64,000 nucleotides of DNA from Tubulanus polymorphus (GCF_964204645.1 NC_134026.1:24958150-25022149); one strand, 5' to 3'; positions 1 through 49,107 are shown, counted from the stretch's first letter. Notes: generated from the letters alone by a model not told the origin. Program-made: numbers and translations.

Positions 1-3000
1 ATCCAAAAACAGTCTCATATAATGCCCATGAGTCACCAGTCTGTCAGTAGTTTCACCGCTTGTCAGCGCGACAACTGCTTTGGGTACACCGAAACGCGTT
101 GTCGGTCCAAGAAGAAGGATATCGGCATCCTCGAAAGCTTTGCAAAAACGTGCGCTGTTGTTTGTCCATTGCCAACCAGCATTATCGATAGCTTGTGCGA
201 TTTCGTGCGAGTTCGTGTATTTATCGAAGGTAACTATTTGAGTAACATTATCATTGACACCGGATACTGATATGCGCACGTAACGAGGATGTGCAGCTAA
301 TCGAAGAACTATTTGCTTCAGAAGAATGACGAGTTTCGAAAATTCTGTCTGACTTGTTCCATTTGACAAATCCATATATATCGCCACGTCAACTTGGGCT
401 ACTTCTGTAATTCCAAGGAAATTTTACTTCATTATGAAATTACCGGGAAGATAAGAATCGTTGAATTCGATTCGATATTCTACAAATCATAATTTTGAAC
501 CTTCGAGTAGACTCACCCACGCAATTAATTGAATTGAATGGACACGGACACAAGTGACCGCCATCAGTATTCACGCAAGTTCCTCCGTACAAACATGGAT
601 TCTTTATTTCCGAACATTCATCTATATCTATGAATGATCAAAACAAAATTATTGGTTACGATTGAATTTTTCGTCAATCATTGTTCGTGGATCATTGATG
701 TTATTGTTGAAGACATTCACCTGTGCAAGCATTGTTGTGTTTAAAGGGAAGGAAGTATCCTTTTTTACAGAATGCGTCTAAAATAAAGAATGTAGATTTA
801 TCAATAGCAATCGTAATTCACCATTTATGGTTTTTACTGAAGCGAAACTTGCTTATTCACCTTCCACCACCTGCCAGACAATTGTCCTGATAGTATTATC
901 AATTTCCTTGTCATTCGAAGGGGTTGGTGGCATGACCAGTTGGCTGGCATTGTTGACTACTTGAGAAATGAATTCGTTCGGAGGGTTGTATGTAATTGAA
1001 TAAACTCTTATCTCATCGAACAAGATATGTTGCAGAGCTGTGATCGCTTTTTCATTATTGCTATGTTTCCCCTGACCTATGTAGATTATAACATCGTTAC
1101 GGTCATTCCGTCCACCGGGTCCTTGCAGGACCCTTTTATGAACGAAATCCAGGACCTTCCATAACTTTGGTTGTTTTGTTGTCTTGGACCACTGCTGTGA
1201 ATCCATGGCCGATATAATACAGTCAGTGTTTGAACAGGTATTCAAATAGCTGGCAACGTAGACTTCATCGTCGTAGGCGACGACGGCGACGCGTATAAAT
1301 TTCGGGTGGATAAAAAATCGTTCAACAACGGCTTTTGTAACTTTGTAAGCCACTTTCCACTCGCCTTTCGTATTTGGCATTGATGCCGACCTGTCGAGAA
1401 TGATCGCTACGTCAATATGCGCCATACCTGAAATTGTAAATCCAGCTTACAAAAGTCTGATAGTAAATCTACTATCTACGAAATACATGTACATCAAAAT
1501 AATTGAATGCAAAGACACGACAGCTTAGACTATCATTAGAGATAATCGTCAGGAGGACATACACAAGAACTCCAATATACTTATGGTAGTATCCTGTATA
1601 TTCTGTTGATATGGCTCATAAGAAAAAACACACTTTTCGTTTTAAAGAGACGTTACATTAAATGGAGATTGAGAGTCGTATTTCATTATATGGCCTGAAA
1701 CGGCCACCATAGTTTCCAATTACCCACGCATCTTTGATCGGCTTTTTCACAGTGACAGTGGTGTCGCCCTCGTCTATTCGAGCAATGACCGTAGTTTAGA
1801 CAAGGTTTAGCATTCAAACATTCATCAATATCTAAAACAGATGTAGAGTTTTCATTTAGTTTTCGGAGATGAAATCACATATCATTGTGTATGATCTATA
1901 ATATGAAATCTGATTACATACCAACACACTTTGACTTATCTTCAACCCAGTGGAGTCCATAGTCACATTCTTTTACATCTGGAAATGAACAAAAATTCTA
2001 CGGTGTTGTCAAACAAACATCCGGAACGATTACAATTACTAACTTCCAAGCTTTACCTTTGGCTATTTTTCGAATGAGAATTTCAGTAGTAGTGCTGATG
2101 TCTTGAACACTTATTATGTTGCTCATTAAATAGCGAGACGTTTCTGGTAGCGATGTGGACAAATGTCCACGTGACCCATCAGAACCCGGTGCGACTGCGT
2201 ACACGCGTATTTTCCTTTCACTTAACTCGTACAGAGCTATCCCTGTTTCATATGGCTTAGTGCTTCTTCCGCTTCCGAAGTAAAGAACTACCTTTTTCGT
2301 ATTGATTCGACCACCATACTCTGATTCTAGTTGTTTGGTTGCATAATTCAACGCTAGATGAGTGTTCGGCTGTCCACCAGTCCAAGATAAAGCATCGGAC
2401 ACTCTTTGGACGCATTTAGAATTGTAACACGTATTCAGCCACAGTCCATGATTGACCTTGTCGGCATATGTTATGAGTGAAACCATGACATAGTCGGGGT
2501 GGATAAAAAACTGCCGCAATGCGTATTCAACCATTTCGTGATACTTCTGCCATTCTGTCTTATAGATGTAATTTGAGGTATCCAAAACTATCGCAACGTC
2601 CAAGCGTGAAGCCACTGAAACAGATAAACACTTATTTTCGTTAACTGTTTCTTCATTTCAAAACCGAGAATTGATTTAGAAATATCTTATAAAAATGTTA
2701 GAAGAAAAGTCTGCTTCTTTTGTGTTGCCTTACGTCTGCACTCGCCATTATTTTCTAAAAATCCATTTGGACAAACACATTTAGCGAATCTGGGCATGTT
2801 GACACAATCACCTCCGTTGAAGCATGGATTGCTGTCTCGACACTCATTTGAATCTAGAATGTACATTAGCGACAAGATCATCCAAGTATAAAAAAGGTCG
2901 ATGAAATACATTTATATATAGTTCAATAATTTAAGCTCTACACACCTATACATCCTGGACCAACCAAACGAAACCCATAAGCGCAAGTATTATCTAAAAT

Positions 3001-3917
3001 CAAGCAATTATATATAGTAAATTCTGTTACGTTTCACCTACATTATCAAAATAGTTTTAGGCTTCATGTTGATTTACGATTACCTTTTTTGATAAGATCC
3101 ACAACAGATTTTGCCACCGCTGTCGCCGACTGCTCGGTTATAACTAAAGGTAATTGTAAACGCTTCTCTGACGATATAAAGAAGCTAACAAAATTCCGCT
3201 CTTTTCCATATTCTAGTCGGTAGACGCGGGTTTCAGATGCTCGAAGGGCTGCTAGAGAATCAACTGTGTCTTTTGAAAATCTCGTTTCGCCATTTCCGAT
3301 GAGAATCACTACTTTTGATGCGAATGGACGCCGTCCTTTGCTCTTCAACACTTCATCATTTGCCAACTGAGTTGCCAAGGCTGTATATGACTGTTGGCCG
3401 TCATAGTTTAATCCAGAAATTACTGCTTTCAGATCGGCCGCTTTCTGGTGGTCGTTCAGATAAGCAGCAACCCTAGCGATACTGGAATATGTGATGACGG
3501 CAATCTGAAAACTATTCGCAACGTTAATCGGTGCCTCGTCCACTATTTTCATTGTTATTAGTTTATGCGACTTGAATTCATCGGGAGAGACATCGTCGGA
3601 TGCTTCAATAATGATTACAAGATCTATGTAAGCTGCAAAAATAGAAGACATCGGAACCACCTGTGAAGAATGAATCTTATTTCATGAATATCATCAAATT
3701 CAAATTAAACAAGTCTCTCAATCTAGCAACTCAGGATATGAGACTCGGGAGATGGAATTTTTCGATCCCTGGTGGACTTATTGGTTACAATATAAACTCA
3801 TTGAACGTAGCCACGCTCAATCACAATGTCAAACTTGTTTTACTTACGGCGAGAGCAATAAGTTACTGATGTAAGCGATAGCAAGACAACGGCTAAATTC
3901 AAAATTAGGTATCCCAT
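1..3917 (-). CDS. Secreted VWA/EGF repeat extracellular-matrix protein (matrilin/collagen VI-like VWA domains); 3' end lies beyond the window
   Basis: Signal-peptide exon 3917-3848 ([23 protein letters not shown]). VWA exons ~3632-3084, ~2614-2055, ~1427-860 and ~405-<1 (D-[LV]-x-I-[IVY]-x-[DE]-x-S, 'RVAVVAY', 'KVVILIG'). Each VWA exon is followed by a short two-Cys exon (~2992-2945, ~1978-1922, ~777-721) and a Ca-binding EGF exon (~2853-2733, 1831-1724, ~628-518; DIDEC...PC..GG.C.N). Junctions are GT-AG, phase 1. Probable 5'UTR exon at ~4028-4130. Confidence 0.9.
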
Positions 3918-4307
3918 TTTCTGTAAAGCAGATCTGTGTATCGAAATTGATTAGTCTCTTTGAAAATGTAAAATACAACATGTTTCTTTTAAAAATGTAT
4001 CTAGTTTCTGAAAACGGTATTTCTTACCTTCAAAGACGAGCATTCGAGATGGGACAGCGTATACAGAAAACAAAAAACAGATGTTTTAACTTCATAATAC
4101 GATATTATGATTTAGATAGCTAGTGCGAGCAGATGGTATCGTTGTCCTAAGTATATAGACATTTTGTTATAAACCTGGTCAATCGACAAAATGAAATAAT
4201 TCACAGTTTGCTATATCTATTTCTTTATTCATTTCATTAAAATTCACAATGCCATTACACTAAATTTTTCAAACAAACTACTAATGCATTGATAAAAATC
4301 TGAGATG

Positions 4308-5868
4308 TTATTCAATACTGTAGGAAATCGGATCGACGATCATATCGGTCGAAAATCGAAAGTCGACGCCCTGATTGTTCAACATAGGTTTGTAACGTGT
4401 TTCGACGTAAAGAAGTTCAGCCCAATCGATTTCAGTTGCGCTGCAGCAAGTTGCATAGAACTTCTTTAGATCTGTGTGTTAAAAACATATCAATCCAAAT
4501 GAAATGAAATCTAAAATCAAAACTGAAAACGTTCATGAAATCTAGTGACCTGCAACATTAAAATGTTTAGAAGCGCTTACTTATTTTTCCGTCTTCTTGC
4601 AGCTGACATATTTCCTCGATGGTCGGAATACAGAAAGTGGCATCAACCACCAGATTTTTCAGTTTCCTGCATTTACTTACAAGGTCTAATAGTGCCATGT
4701 CAAAAAGTTGGTCTGAGTTGTCAATGTCTAATTTCAGGTTTTCTGAAAAATGAAGCGTTGCTTATTGTTCAGACCTCCCAGAAGGCAATGACTCTGAATA
4801 TTGTACAAGAATTTTTGCAAACTAGATATTCAAATTACTGAGAAAAAATGTACCTAATGAGTCCGAAAATGAATCTGATATATGATGTATTGATTGTGGA
4901 ATATGCCATTCATCTTCCGATTCAAATCCTGACCGTATTTGTAATTCTGTTAATGGAATCTCAGGCACCAGTATCCCTGTTAACATGTGGTATTTGCACG
5001 TGCTAGCAAAATCGAATTGGACCATAAACTCGGGGCAACATTTCGTCAGATTTTTCCAAGCTGCACCAGTCAAACGATGGTCGTGAGGATCATTCCTATG
5101 AACTTTTATCTCCATTGTCGATAGACATGAACAATTATTTGCGAGAGTTTCCAACACGGATTCGCTCAAACAATTGTAATTCATAGAAATATGTTGTAGA
5201 TTTTTGAAGTGTTTCATCGTGTCGTTGAATTTAGAAATTCTAAAAATTGTCAAGCGCGAATGGAAAAAGTCGGTGATGTTCAGATGTGTTAAAGAATGTC
5301 CACTGTGGTAGCCAATAGATTCTAGAATCTTAATTCCATCTGAGATAATGAATGTCGATGATCTCATATCAAAATACCTCAAACTTTTCTGTCCCCGCAA
5401 AAATCGATTCAAGGAGACAATGAGCTTTGATCTAGTGAGATCGTATCGCCAGAACTTTTCCACTTGTAGTTCTTTTGCTTGGAATCTTTTCAATTTCACC
5501 TTCCCATAAAGAGTACCGAAGAATGTTGTCAGACATTGCTGCACACGCTTGCAGGTTAGGTATGTTGGTGTCCGGCACACTATTTCCATTTCGCGTAAAT
5601 ATGATCCGTATCTTACTGCAAACAAAAGTGCTTTGTCGCAAACTCCAGTCGCACCAAATACAAATTTTCTTTTCCTCCAAAGGCATGGGTTTTCCATACA
5701 AAATTTCCATCTTTTGCAAACACACGCGGTATTTACGCGATCGATGTCACTCAGAAAAGAGTAAATAATCGCCAATGGAATATTAGGTAAAAACTGCCAA
5801 TTAACTATCAAATTTGATGTCTGTAACATTGGAATATCTTGTTTCTTGTGAAGCTTTTTGTTCTTCAT
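4308..5868 (-). CDS. F-box protein with degenerate LRR region (FBXO39/FBXO33-like), 3 exons, ~446 aa
   Basis: F-box motif WQFLPNIPLAIIYSFLSDIDRVNTACVCKRWK followed by LxxLxL repeats. Exons 5868-4854, 4742-4581 and 4471-4308 join in frame, ending ...DPISYSIE*. AATAAA on the - strand near 4224-4229. Confidence 0.85.
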
Positions 5869-6121
5869 GCTTTCTTGTCTTAATCGTAGTCATGTGGTCA
5901 TCAATGTTTAAATCATAACATAACAATAATCATAACAATAATCACGGTTTTGTTGCCATCGATGAATTGTGGTCCAGTATTTCGATCATGAAGCTTTAAG
6001 ATTTTAAAACCGGTTATTGCTACCATTCCATTTCTTATTTCTGATACATATATGTATATAATTTATGTAGTGGGATTATGTTGGACTAATTATCAGTAAA
6101 TATGTTCGAACAAGAATTTTA

Positions 6122-8315
6122 CAATAAGCCCTTTTACAGTTTCCAGGCGCCATTTTTTTGGGTACCCGCCTGGTCCGCATTGTTGAATTTTTTGTCCCTA
6201 TTTTTCTCCGGTTTAATTTCTTTATTTCGTTCATATCTCTGGATTTGATTAAGATAGAAACAAAGTAAAAATATCGATGAACTCGGCTGATAATAAACTT
6301 TTTTATGATATCACTCATTTGTTAAGTTAATGCAACAATGCGCACTGGTGAAGTTATAAACATTGATATCGTCTTCCCGATAATTCAACTTGAATTATTG
6401 CTCATCTCATTCAAAAGTTCGTAATTCTTACAAAATTTAATCTACATCTTTGAAGTTTTAAGGATCAATAGCCATCTATATGTGGTTCTATATACCTTTT
6501 ACCGTTTTCAATTATCCGTATTAGTTTTTAAGTAGTTGCGAGTCAAACTTCCAAAACACGTTTTCCCCGGTCCCCTGCGTGCATATATCAGGAAATTTCA
6601 CAATTTCACCGGTCCCTACTTTGTTGAAAATCAATTTTTTAAGTAACCATGGAAATAAGGGCACCTAGGTTTTTGAAAAATGGTAATTAAAGATATATAT
6701 TCTCTAGGATTTGTCAAAATAAACGAAATAACCCAGGTGTTGCTTTAACCAACTATCTAGGTTCACAACAGAAATTATCATTTTGTCCAACGTGTTTCAT
6801 TCGATTCCAAAACTGCACGTACGGGTATACGATTGCAAATGTGAAAGTCAGACATTATGTGGCACATGTATGAGAACCACAGTCTCAATGCTGCGTCGTA
6901 TTGCCGTCGCAATTTTACATGGCTACTTACGTGAAGTGGGCTAATACAGACCTTGAATACAGACCTTGAGAATGTGCCAAATCTCAAAACAACTATCAAA
7001 CGCATGAGATCAATTTTGACAGAAAGTAAACGAATGTTATGTTCCTCAATATATACTAATATATTCCAAAGTTCCAATCTTTCCAACACAATCGACTAAG
7101 CCTAATATATTCAAATTCAATTTGAAACACCTTCCAGCTCGTGTCACGATCAGTAATAAAGATCGAACATCGAACATTCGCAAAAAAGCAAACCCGATCC
7201 AACGGTTTGCAAGCGTCAAGTTTGACACAGCCATGGCTGCCTCCATTTGCGTGGAGCTGCTGCTGAAAATTCAAAAATGTAAATCGGGTACCGGTATTTA
7301 ACCGAGGACCGAGTGCTCGCCATTACACCATGGTATTTCTGATGGTTGACTTTTGAACAACTGGCTCGAGAATCACCAGCCAACCGCCGTATTTTATTGA
7401 TGCAATATACTGTGAAACAATATAATATTGACGGGAGATCAATGAAACTTAAATGCCTGACACTAGAAGACTTATTTCGACCTTTTTGACTATCTTAGAT
7501 GATTGGGAGAGGGGTCCAAAAATAAGGACATTTTCCGTATATTAAGGCTGCGAGTAGGGTGCTCCTCGATGTTGAAACAAATACATCCAAAACAATTTAA
7601 TTTGCAAGAGGATGAGTGTTAGATTTGTAGGTTTTATGCGATCACTGTCTTGACAAAGATGGTAACCTTAATGGGAAGGAGCGGGGGTCCGGACTACCGA
7701 CCCTCCAAACCCGTATTCTGTCCCTGTGTTACTAGAAATATATCTCTATTTACCATTTTTTCAAATAACTAGGTGCCCTTGTTTCCATAGTTACTGAAAA
7801 TTTTGATTTTAACAAAGTAGGACCGGTTGAATTGTCAAATTTCTTGATATAAATATGCAAACATGATACTCTAGAAAACGTGTTTTGGAAGTTTGACTCG
7901 CAACTACTTAAAAAATAATACGGATAATTGAAAACGGTAAAAGGTATATAGGACCACATATAGATGGCTATTGATCCTGAAAACTTCAAAAATGTAGATT
8001 AAATTTTGTAAGAATTACGAACTTTTGAATGAGATGAGCAATAATTCAAGTTAAATTATCGGGAAGACGATATCAATGTTTATAACTTCACCAGTGCGCA
8101 TTGTTGCATTAACTTAATAAATGAGTGATATAAAAAAAAGTTTATTATCAGCCGAGTTCATCGATATTTTTACTTTGTTTCTATCTTTATCCAATCCAGA
8201 GATATGAACGAAATAAAAAAATTAAACGGGGAAAAATAGGGACAAATAATTCAACAATGCGGACCCGGTGGGTACCCAAAAAAAAGGCGCCTGGAAACTG
8301 TAAAAAGGCTTATTG
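6122..8315. mobile_element. Foldback-type non-autonomous DNA element: ~585 bp inverted arms around a ~1 kb spacer
   Basis: 6122-~6707 (CAATAAGCCCTTTTACAGTTTCCAGGCGCC...) is the reverse complement of ~7732-8315 (...GGCGCCTGGAAACTGTAAAAAGGCTTATTG) with scattered mismatches. No transposase ORF in the spacer. Confidence 0.9.
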
Positions 8316-8466
8316 CAGTAAACCTCGCCATACTTAAACATGGCCAATTTGGATTTTGGCTAACAAAATCATTTATCAACGTATATTCCTATCCTTAACT
8401 CGGACTGCGTTTACCTCGGACCGACTTAGCCGGCCCCAGTGTATCCGAGTAAGGTGAGGTTTGCTG
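8316..8466. mobile_element. Tc1/mariner-pogo-type MITE
   Basis: Imperfect terminal inverted repeats CAGTAAACCTCGCC ... GGTGAGGTTTGCTG; ~150 bp; internal CTCGGA/TCCGAG motifs. Confidence 0.65.
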
Positions 8467-8710
8467 TTTATGATTGTTTTCGTAACGGCTTCGAATAACC
8501 ATCGGACTGTGAATGGCCAAATAGCTTTAGAAGTAAACTTTCTCGAGATTATGAAATGTGGTCAATGTGACAACAGCTATCAGATAATCTTTTCATGGAA
8601 TGAGAACCCTTATTGCGAACCGACAAACGGTTTCGTCCAAATAAATATGAACAATATGAACGGCATTCATTGAAGGATGATATTTCATTTAATTCTTCAA
8701 AATTGCTGTC

Positions 8711-10115
8711 TTACTGACATTTATAGAGTCTATTTATTTTAAGGATATCGTTCTGAGAGAATCCTCTTCTCTGTCCGATAGAAGCACTTTTGTCTTTTGG
8801 CTGCATGGTCGGTTTTCCGTTCTTAGAGAACGCATATTTGCTGTAATGCATGATACTTCCATAGTCATACCGGGTGTCCAGATGCTGAATCGTCGTGTTT
8901 GAATATTTTTTGAAGTTCCTTGATTTTCCTGTTAGAGATCAAATGAGACGTTAAACGGTTTTTAAACGAAAGGTTTCCATGAAAATCAATTACGTTTTAC
9001 CATCTCGAATGTTTTCGAATAAAACGTCGACATTATCATCTCGGTCGTAGCGACTTTGTTCGTGGTAAAAACCGATAGCGTGCATCATTTCGTGTATAAC
9101 TGTTCCCAAACGCCAGCAACCGGAGGACAATGACAACTTCTGCGAACTACTCTCTCTTAGACGGCCAACGTAAGAATAACACCTTCATTTTGAAATTTAA
9201 ATAGATTGATTAGTTTTAAAAACCGTTCATTGTTTGTCGGAAGATAAACAAATAAAGATTTACCCATTTCCTTTGAAAATTCGCACGTAGGAAGCCTGAT
9301 TTGTCCTTATTATCCATCGTATACAAGTAGATTTTTGATATTCCGCTACCGCTGTTGCAAATATTTTGGCTTGAGATGCAGCTGCAAATGATCAAACTAA
9401 TTTTTGTCATTTTAAAATAGTTCCAGTGAGTGAACTAAAATGCCCTAAACCTAATACCTACAGATCGAACTATCTAAAACATATGGAACGATGCCATTGT
9501 TCCATAATCTTGACTCTTTCAGGATGGCGTTGCGGCTCTGTAAATAAATATTTGATGAGAATGCCAGCCAAGATTGATTTCACGAGAAAAACCGAATGTT
9601 TATATTTCTTACATTAAACACTATATCACCCTCAAAATATTCTGAAAAAACGATGGTCGAATGGAACATTGATATTGAGCTGCTTCGGTTTTATGAAATT
9701 GCTTTTGATTTATTATTTAATAAATGAATTGTGCTTTACCTCCAAGTTCCTCTGGATTTGCTAATCGATCTGAAAGAATCATTTAGTTATTTGTGATAGA
9801 AGTAAAAGCTAATAATTCAATATATTTCTAAACATAAGTGTCTTACCACTTATTGGATGTCCATTGACCTGAAATAAAACCATTTAAGTTTAATCTATAT
9901 TCTTGGTCCACAGCACGAAGAACAATTCAACATAAACTTGCATATCTATGTGGTATGGATTTTATTTTCTCCTAAAACAATGTACCGGTATTCATGAATT
10001 GTATAATACGATGTAGATAACAAAAAATTGAATCATATCAACATTGGTCTTTTACCTGAACCCATAAACTTACTACCATCAAAGATATCAGATGTTTTGC
10101 TCTAAGATTCGCCAT
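8711..10115 (-). CDS. Astacin (M12A) zinc metalloprotease, prepro form with catalytic domain only, 8 exons, ~244 aa
   Basis: Exons 10115-10056, 9868-9847, 9769-9740, 9641-9613, 9537-9462, 9381-9264, 9182-9001 and 8928-8711 join in frame. They encode a signal-like N-terminus, prodomain motif YFEGDI, RNA activation site, HEMMHAIGFYHEQSRYDRD zinc motif, SIMHY Met-turn and ...DILKINRLYKCQ*. Confidence 0.95.
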
Positions 10116-10367
10116 ATTTGGTATATTGAAAAGCTTCATGTGAAATGCGATATTTATACAGAAAAAAAAACACGAAGCCATAAAAATTATAAAGCAATTT
10201 TACAACCGATAAGAGATCCATTAGCTTATCAATAACATCCCCTCAATTTTACCCAAATGTCAATCGGTGTGGCATATTCAGGTCATTGCTTCGTTGAAAT
10301 TAAATTGAAACTATCAATTAAAATTCACTTTCGAAAGTCGCATTACAATAATCCATTTATCAATATG

Positions 10368-11316
10368 TCAGTATTTGCTTATCACAGTTTCGATTACAAG
10401 ATCACATATTTTTGTATAGCCATTCATTGCATCTTCCGTAAATTCTTCACCTAGTCCGGATTCCAAAGTTTCTAAGAATGGTATCTTAAACGTCTGAAAA
10501 TAGAAATCAGTCTACGAATTTTGATAGAATATAGAGAAGGAGCTCCAGTAAAATCCACTAATATAATGAAAATGACCTTAAAAAGTTCAGCGGGAATTCC
10601 TAATCCTTTATGAAGTTCAGCAACAACCGCTAGCTCATCGAGAACAGCATTTACATCGGAAAGTATCCCCATCAGACCGTTCACAGCTTTCATTACGTTG
10701 AGAGCCTGGCGGTTCATTGCCTCTGAGTTATGTAACTCTTCATTGTCCACATCGCGAACATAAGGAAAGAATTCTTTATTTTCTGGGTGCTGGTTGAAAA
10801 ACCTTGAAAATATGAAGAACGTGACAAGAACAATAATGGCCTACGTATCCACTATGTACAAGTTCCATCCAGTCAATTCACCCTATTTCAAAACGCTAAT
10901 AATTTAAAAAAACCAATGATTCACCAAAGAGTGACAAGTTATAAAATTCTTTAGCGTACCGCACGAGAGGCGCCTTCTTCGAAGCTAGATTAATTTGTCT
11001 TCCTGCTTTCTTGACTACGACTTTATCAAAATTTAAGAATTTGATGCCTAATATAAAATCGGAAGTTTCTGATGAGACGCAATGTACCTACATCTCTCCT
11101 TACCTAGTGAAAAAGGCAATTCCATGAGTTTGTAAATCAGTTGCAACCAAAGACCATGTCTTTTCTATGGCTTTGAATTCATCATCACTGAGCGCCTGGG
11201 AAAATATACTGAACTATTACTAATCGTATATTGATAAAACACAGGTCCGAATCTTGCAGCAAGACAAGGAAACGGATATCATCATGATACGTTTTTTTGT
11301 GTTTTAAACTTACCAT
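10368..11316 (-). CDS. Single-domain intracellular globin, ~148 aa
   Basis: Met-only exon 11316-11314, then exons 11195-11104, 10802-10577 and 10493-10368. Protein: ALSDDEFKAIEKTWSLV...GIAFFTRFFNQHPENKEFF...RQALNVM...VAELHKGLG...FTEDAMNGYTK. Introns at the canonical B12.2 and G7.0 positions. Confidence 0.93.
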
Positions 11317-12049
11317 GTTCATTTAGCACCGTTCCAGATTATATATTGCCTCCCAGACACTGCCACCGTGCCGACGTGCTTCTTAATGATGTACCCGGTA
11401 TACATCGATTTAGAGCGATATACACATTATTGTTGTATTTCCACTAATTAGATTCACGACGTTAATTGGGCTTTCTACAATGGATAATGTAAGCTTATAT
11501 GTATATATGCCTATTGTGAGATCTCCAATCCCACGTACATTATTTATAGGACAGCCCGCAAATTTGCAGACTGCCACCGTCTAGTGCTGCCATGGGCGAA
11601 CATGTGCTCCGTTTGAATATAAAAATTTCTTCTGAAAATAGCATTTAATTTATATCTTGGTGTTAGACGATTATTGAAAGTTATTCTCGTAGATATTATA
11701 TCATTTGTAATTAATCATTGTCGACAAGCATTTTATTTGTTTTATAGAATAGTAATATAAACATGTCCAGTTTTCTCGGCTAATGATTTGATATATCGAA
11801 TTATTCGCAGTTACACGATTCTTGAAGATTATTCCCAGGCCTAAAGATGAAATCAAAACCAATATTTATAAACTTTTATTTTTTAAACATATTTTAATAA
11901 TTACGTTAACGATGTAAAATCGCAAACCATGCATGATACGGATGTTGTATTCTAAAAATGTCCTCGTGGTGGGAGTGTTGAACACTGATTTTGATAGATT
12001 AAGTTTATTTGTATAGTTCACGATCTTGCACTTTCTTCACACAGGATTT

Positions 12050-12220
12050 GTCAGCGCGCGCGTGCAGAGATAGACTGATGAGTGCAGCGGCTGATGTACG
12101 CTGAAACACTCAGATGACTATCAGTTGCTGCTGAGGCTGCGAGAGGAGCTAGCGTGGTGCGTGAGCTCCTGGTGATTTTTCGCCCAGATGCTTTAGGTTT
12201 CGACACAAGGAGATATTAGG
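12050..12220 (+). promoter_or_regulatory. Probable promoter and non-coding first exon of the giant coiled-coil gene
   Basis: Locally GC/CpG-rich patch ending in a strong donor G|GTGAGT at 12220/12221. Acceptor TTTTCAG at ~12990 lies just upstream of ATG 13073. Divergent from the globin. Confidence 0.55.
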
Positions 12221-13072
12221 GTGAGTATTCTAGAAGTTTCTTAAATAGTGGAGGTACCGTACGTAGTTTGAATGGCCATAAAAGCGTAAATAAATCTCAT
12301 TTTCAAATGATTAAGTCACTGGATTAAGTAAGTTTTTTTTTAACATTTCTCATCGAGCAAGTGACTGGAAATGGATAACATATTCATAGGCTACAAATCT
12401 TTGGTAATTACAAACTATTCAAATTGACTAATTAAACACTATTGAAATTAACTGTTAGGCTAATTAAACATTGATTATTACAGGTACTTGAACACGTAGC
12501 CTACATTCATAATAAAAAAAGTTTAGAGCTTTAGAAGTTTATTTCATAATGAAAAAAATTGATGTAGGCCTACCCGTAGTTAGTTAGGCCTACCTAATCG
12601 TTGGTGGTAAGCTCTTTATAATCGGATGGGCTTATACCAATGTGGTTTGTGAAAATATCCAATCGTGAAACTAAACCACAGTCAGGTTACTGACTAGCCT
12701 ACCCGGTGCCGGCTTATAGTTGATTTGACTTAAAATTCTGGAATTCATATTTTTCTGTCAGAGCACTGCCAGAATGGGTTTATTGTTTAGCACTGTCATA
12801 GGAAACACACATCACAAACTCATGACATGCTCTATGATTGTGGTGAGTTTTCAAGTTCATGGTGGTTCATGTTGTGAAATTGTCAGATTGTCAAGCATTT
12901 CACCAAGTAGGCATGGTGTCCCTCAACCCATAGTTTTAAGCACAACAAAACATCAAATTCATTACATTGCACATTCACTTCTATTTTCAGACTACTCCTT
13001 GTGGATACATTTTGTTGTCCATGGGGTTCGACCCATATTTTAACTAAGACTTCAATTCAAGCATAATCAACA

Positions 13073-49107
<36,035 letters not shown>

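Noticed and set aside
4028-4095. Apparent frameshifted signal-peptide exon (MKLKHLFF...) for the VWA gene
   Set aside because: A clean in-frame signal-peptide exon exists at 3917-3848, so this is better read as a 5'UTR exon with a short upstream ORF.
6778-7274. Short ORFs in the foldback spacer as a transposase or captured gene
   Set aside because: No DDE, tyrosine-recombinase or other recognisable motif; the ORFs are short and overlapping.
12070-12125. CTGATGA...GAAAC hammerhead-like motif
   Set aside because: Stem II is not closed adjacent to the core and there is no correctly placed NUH triplet. The region looks like a promoter or first exon.
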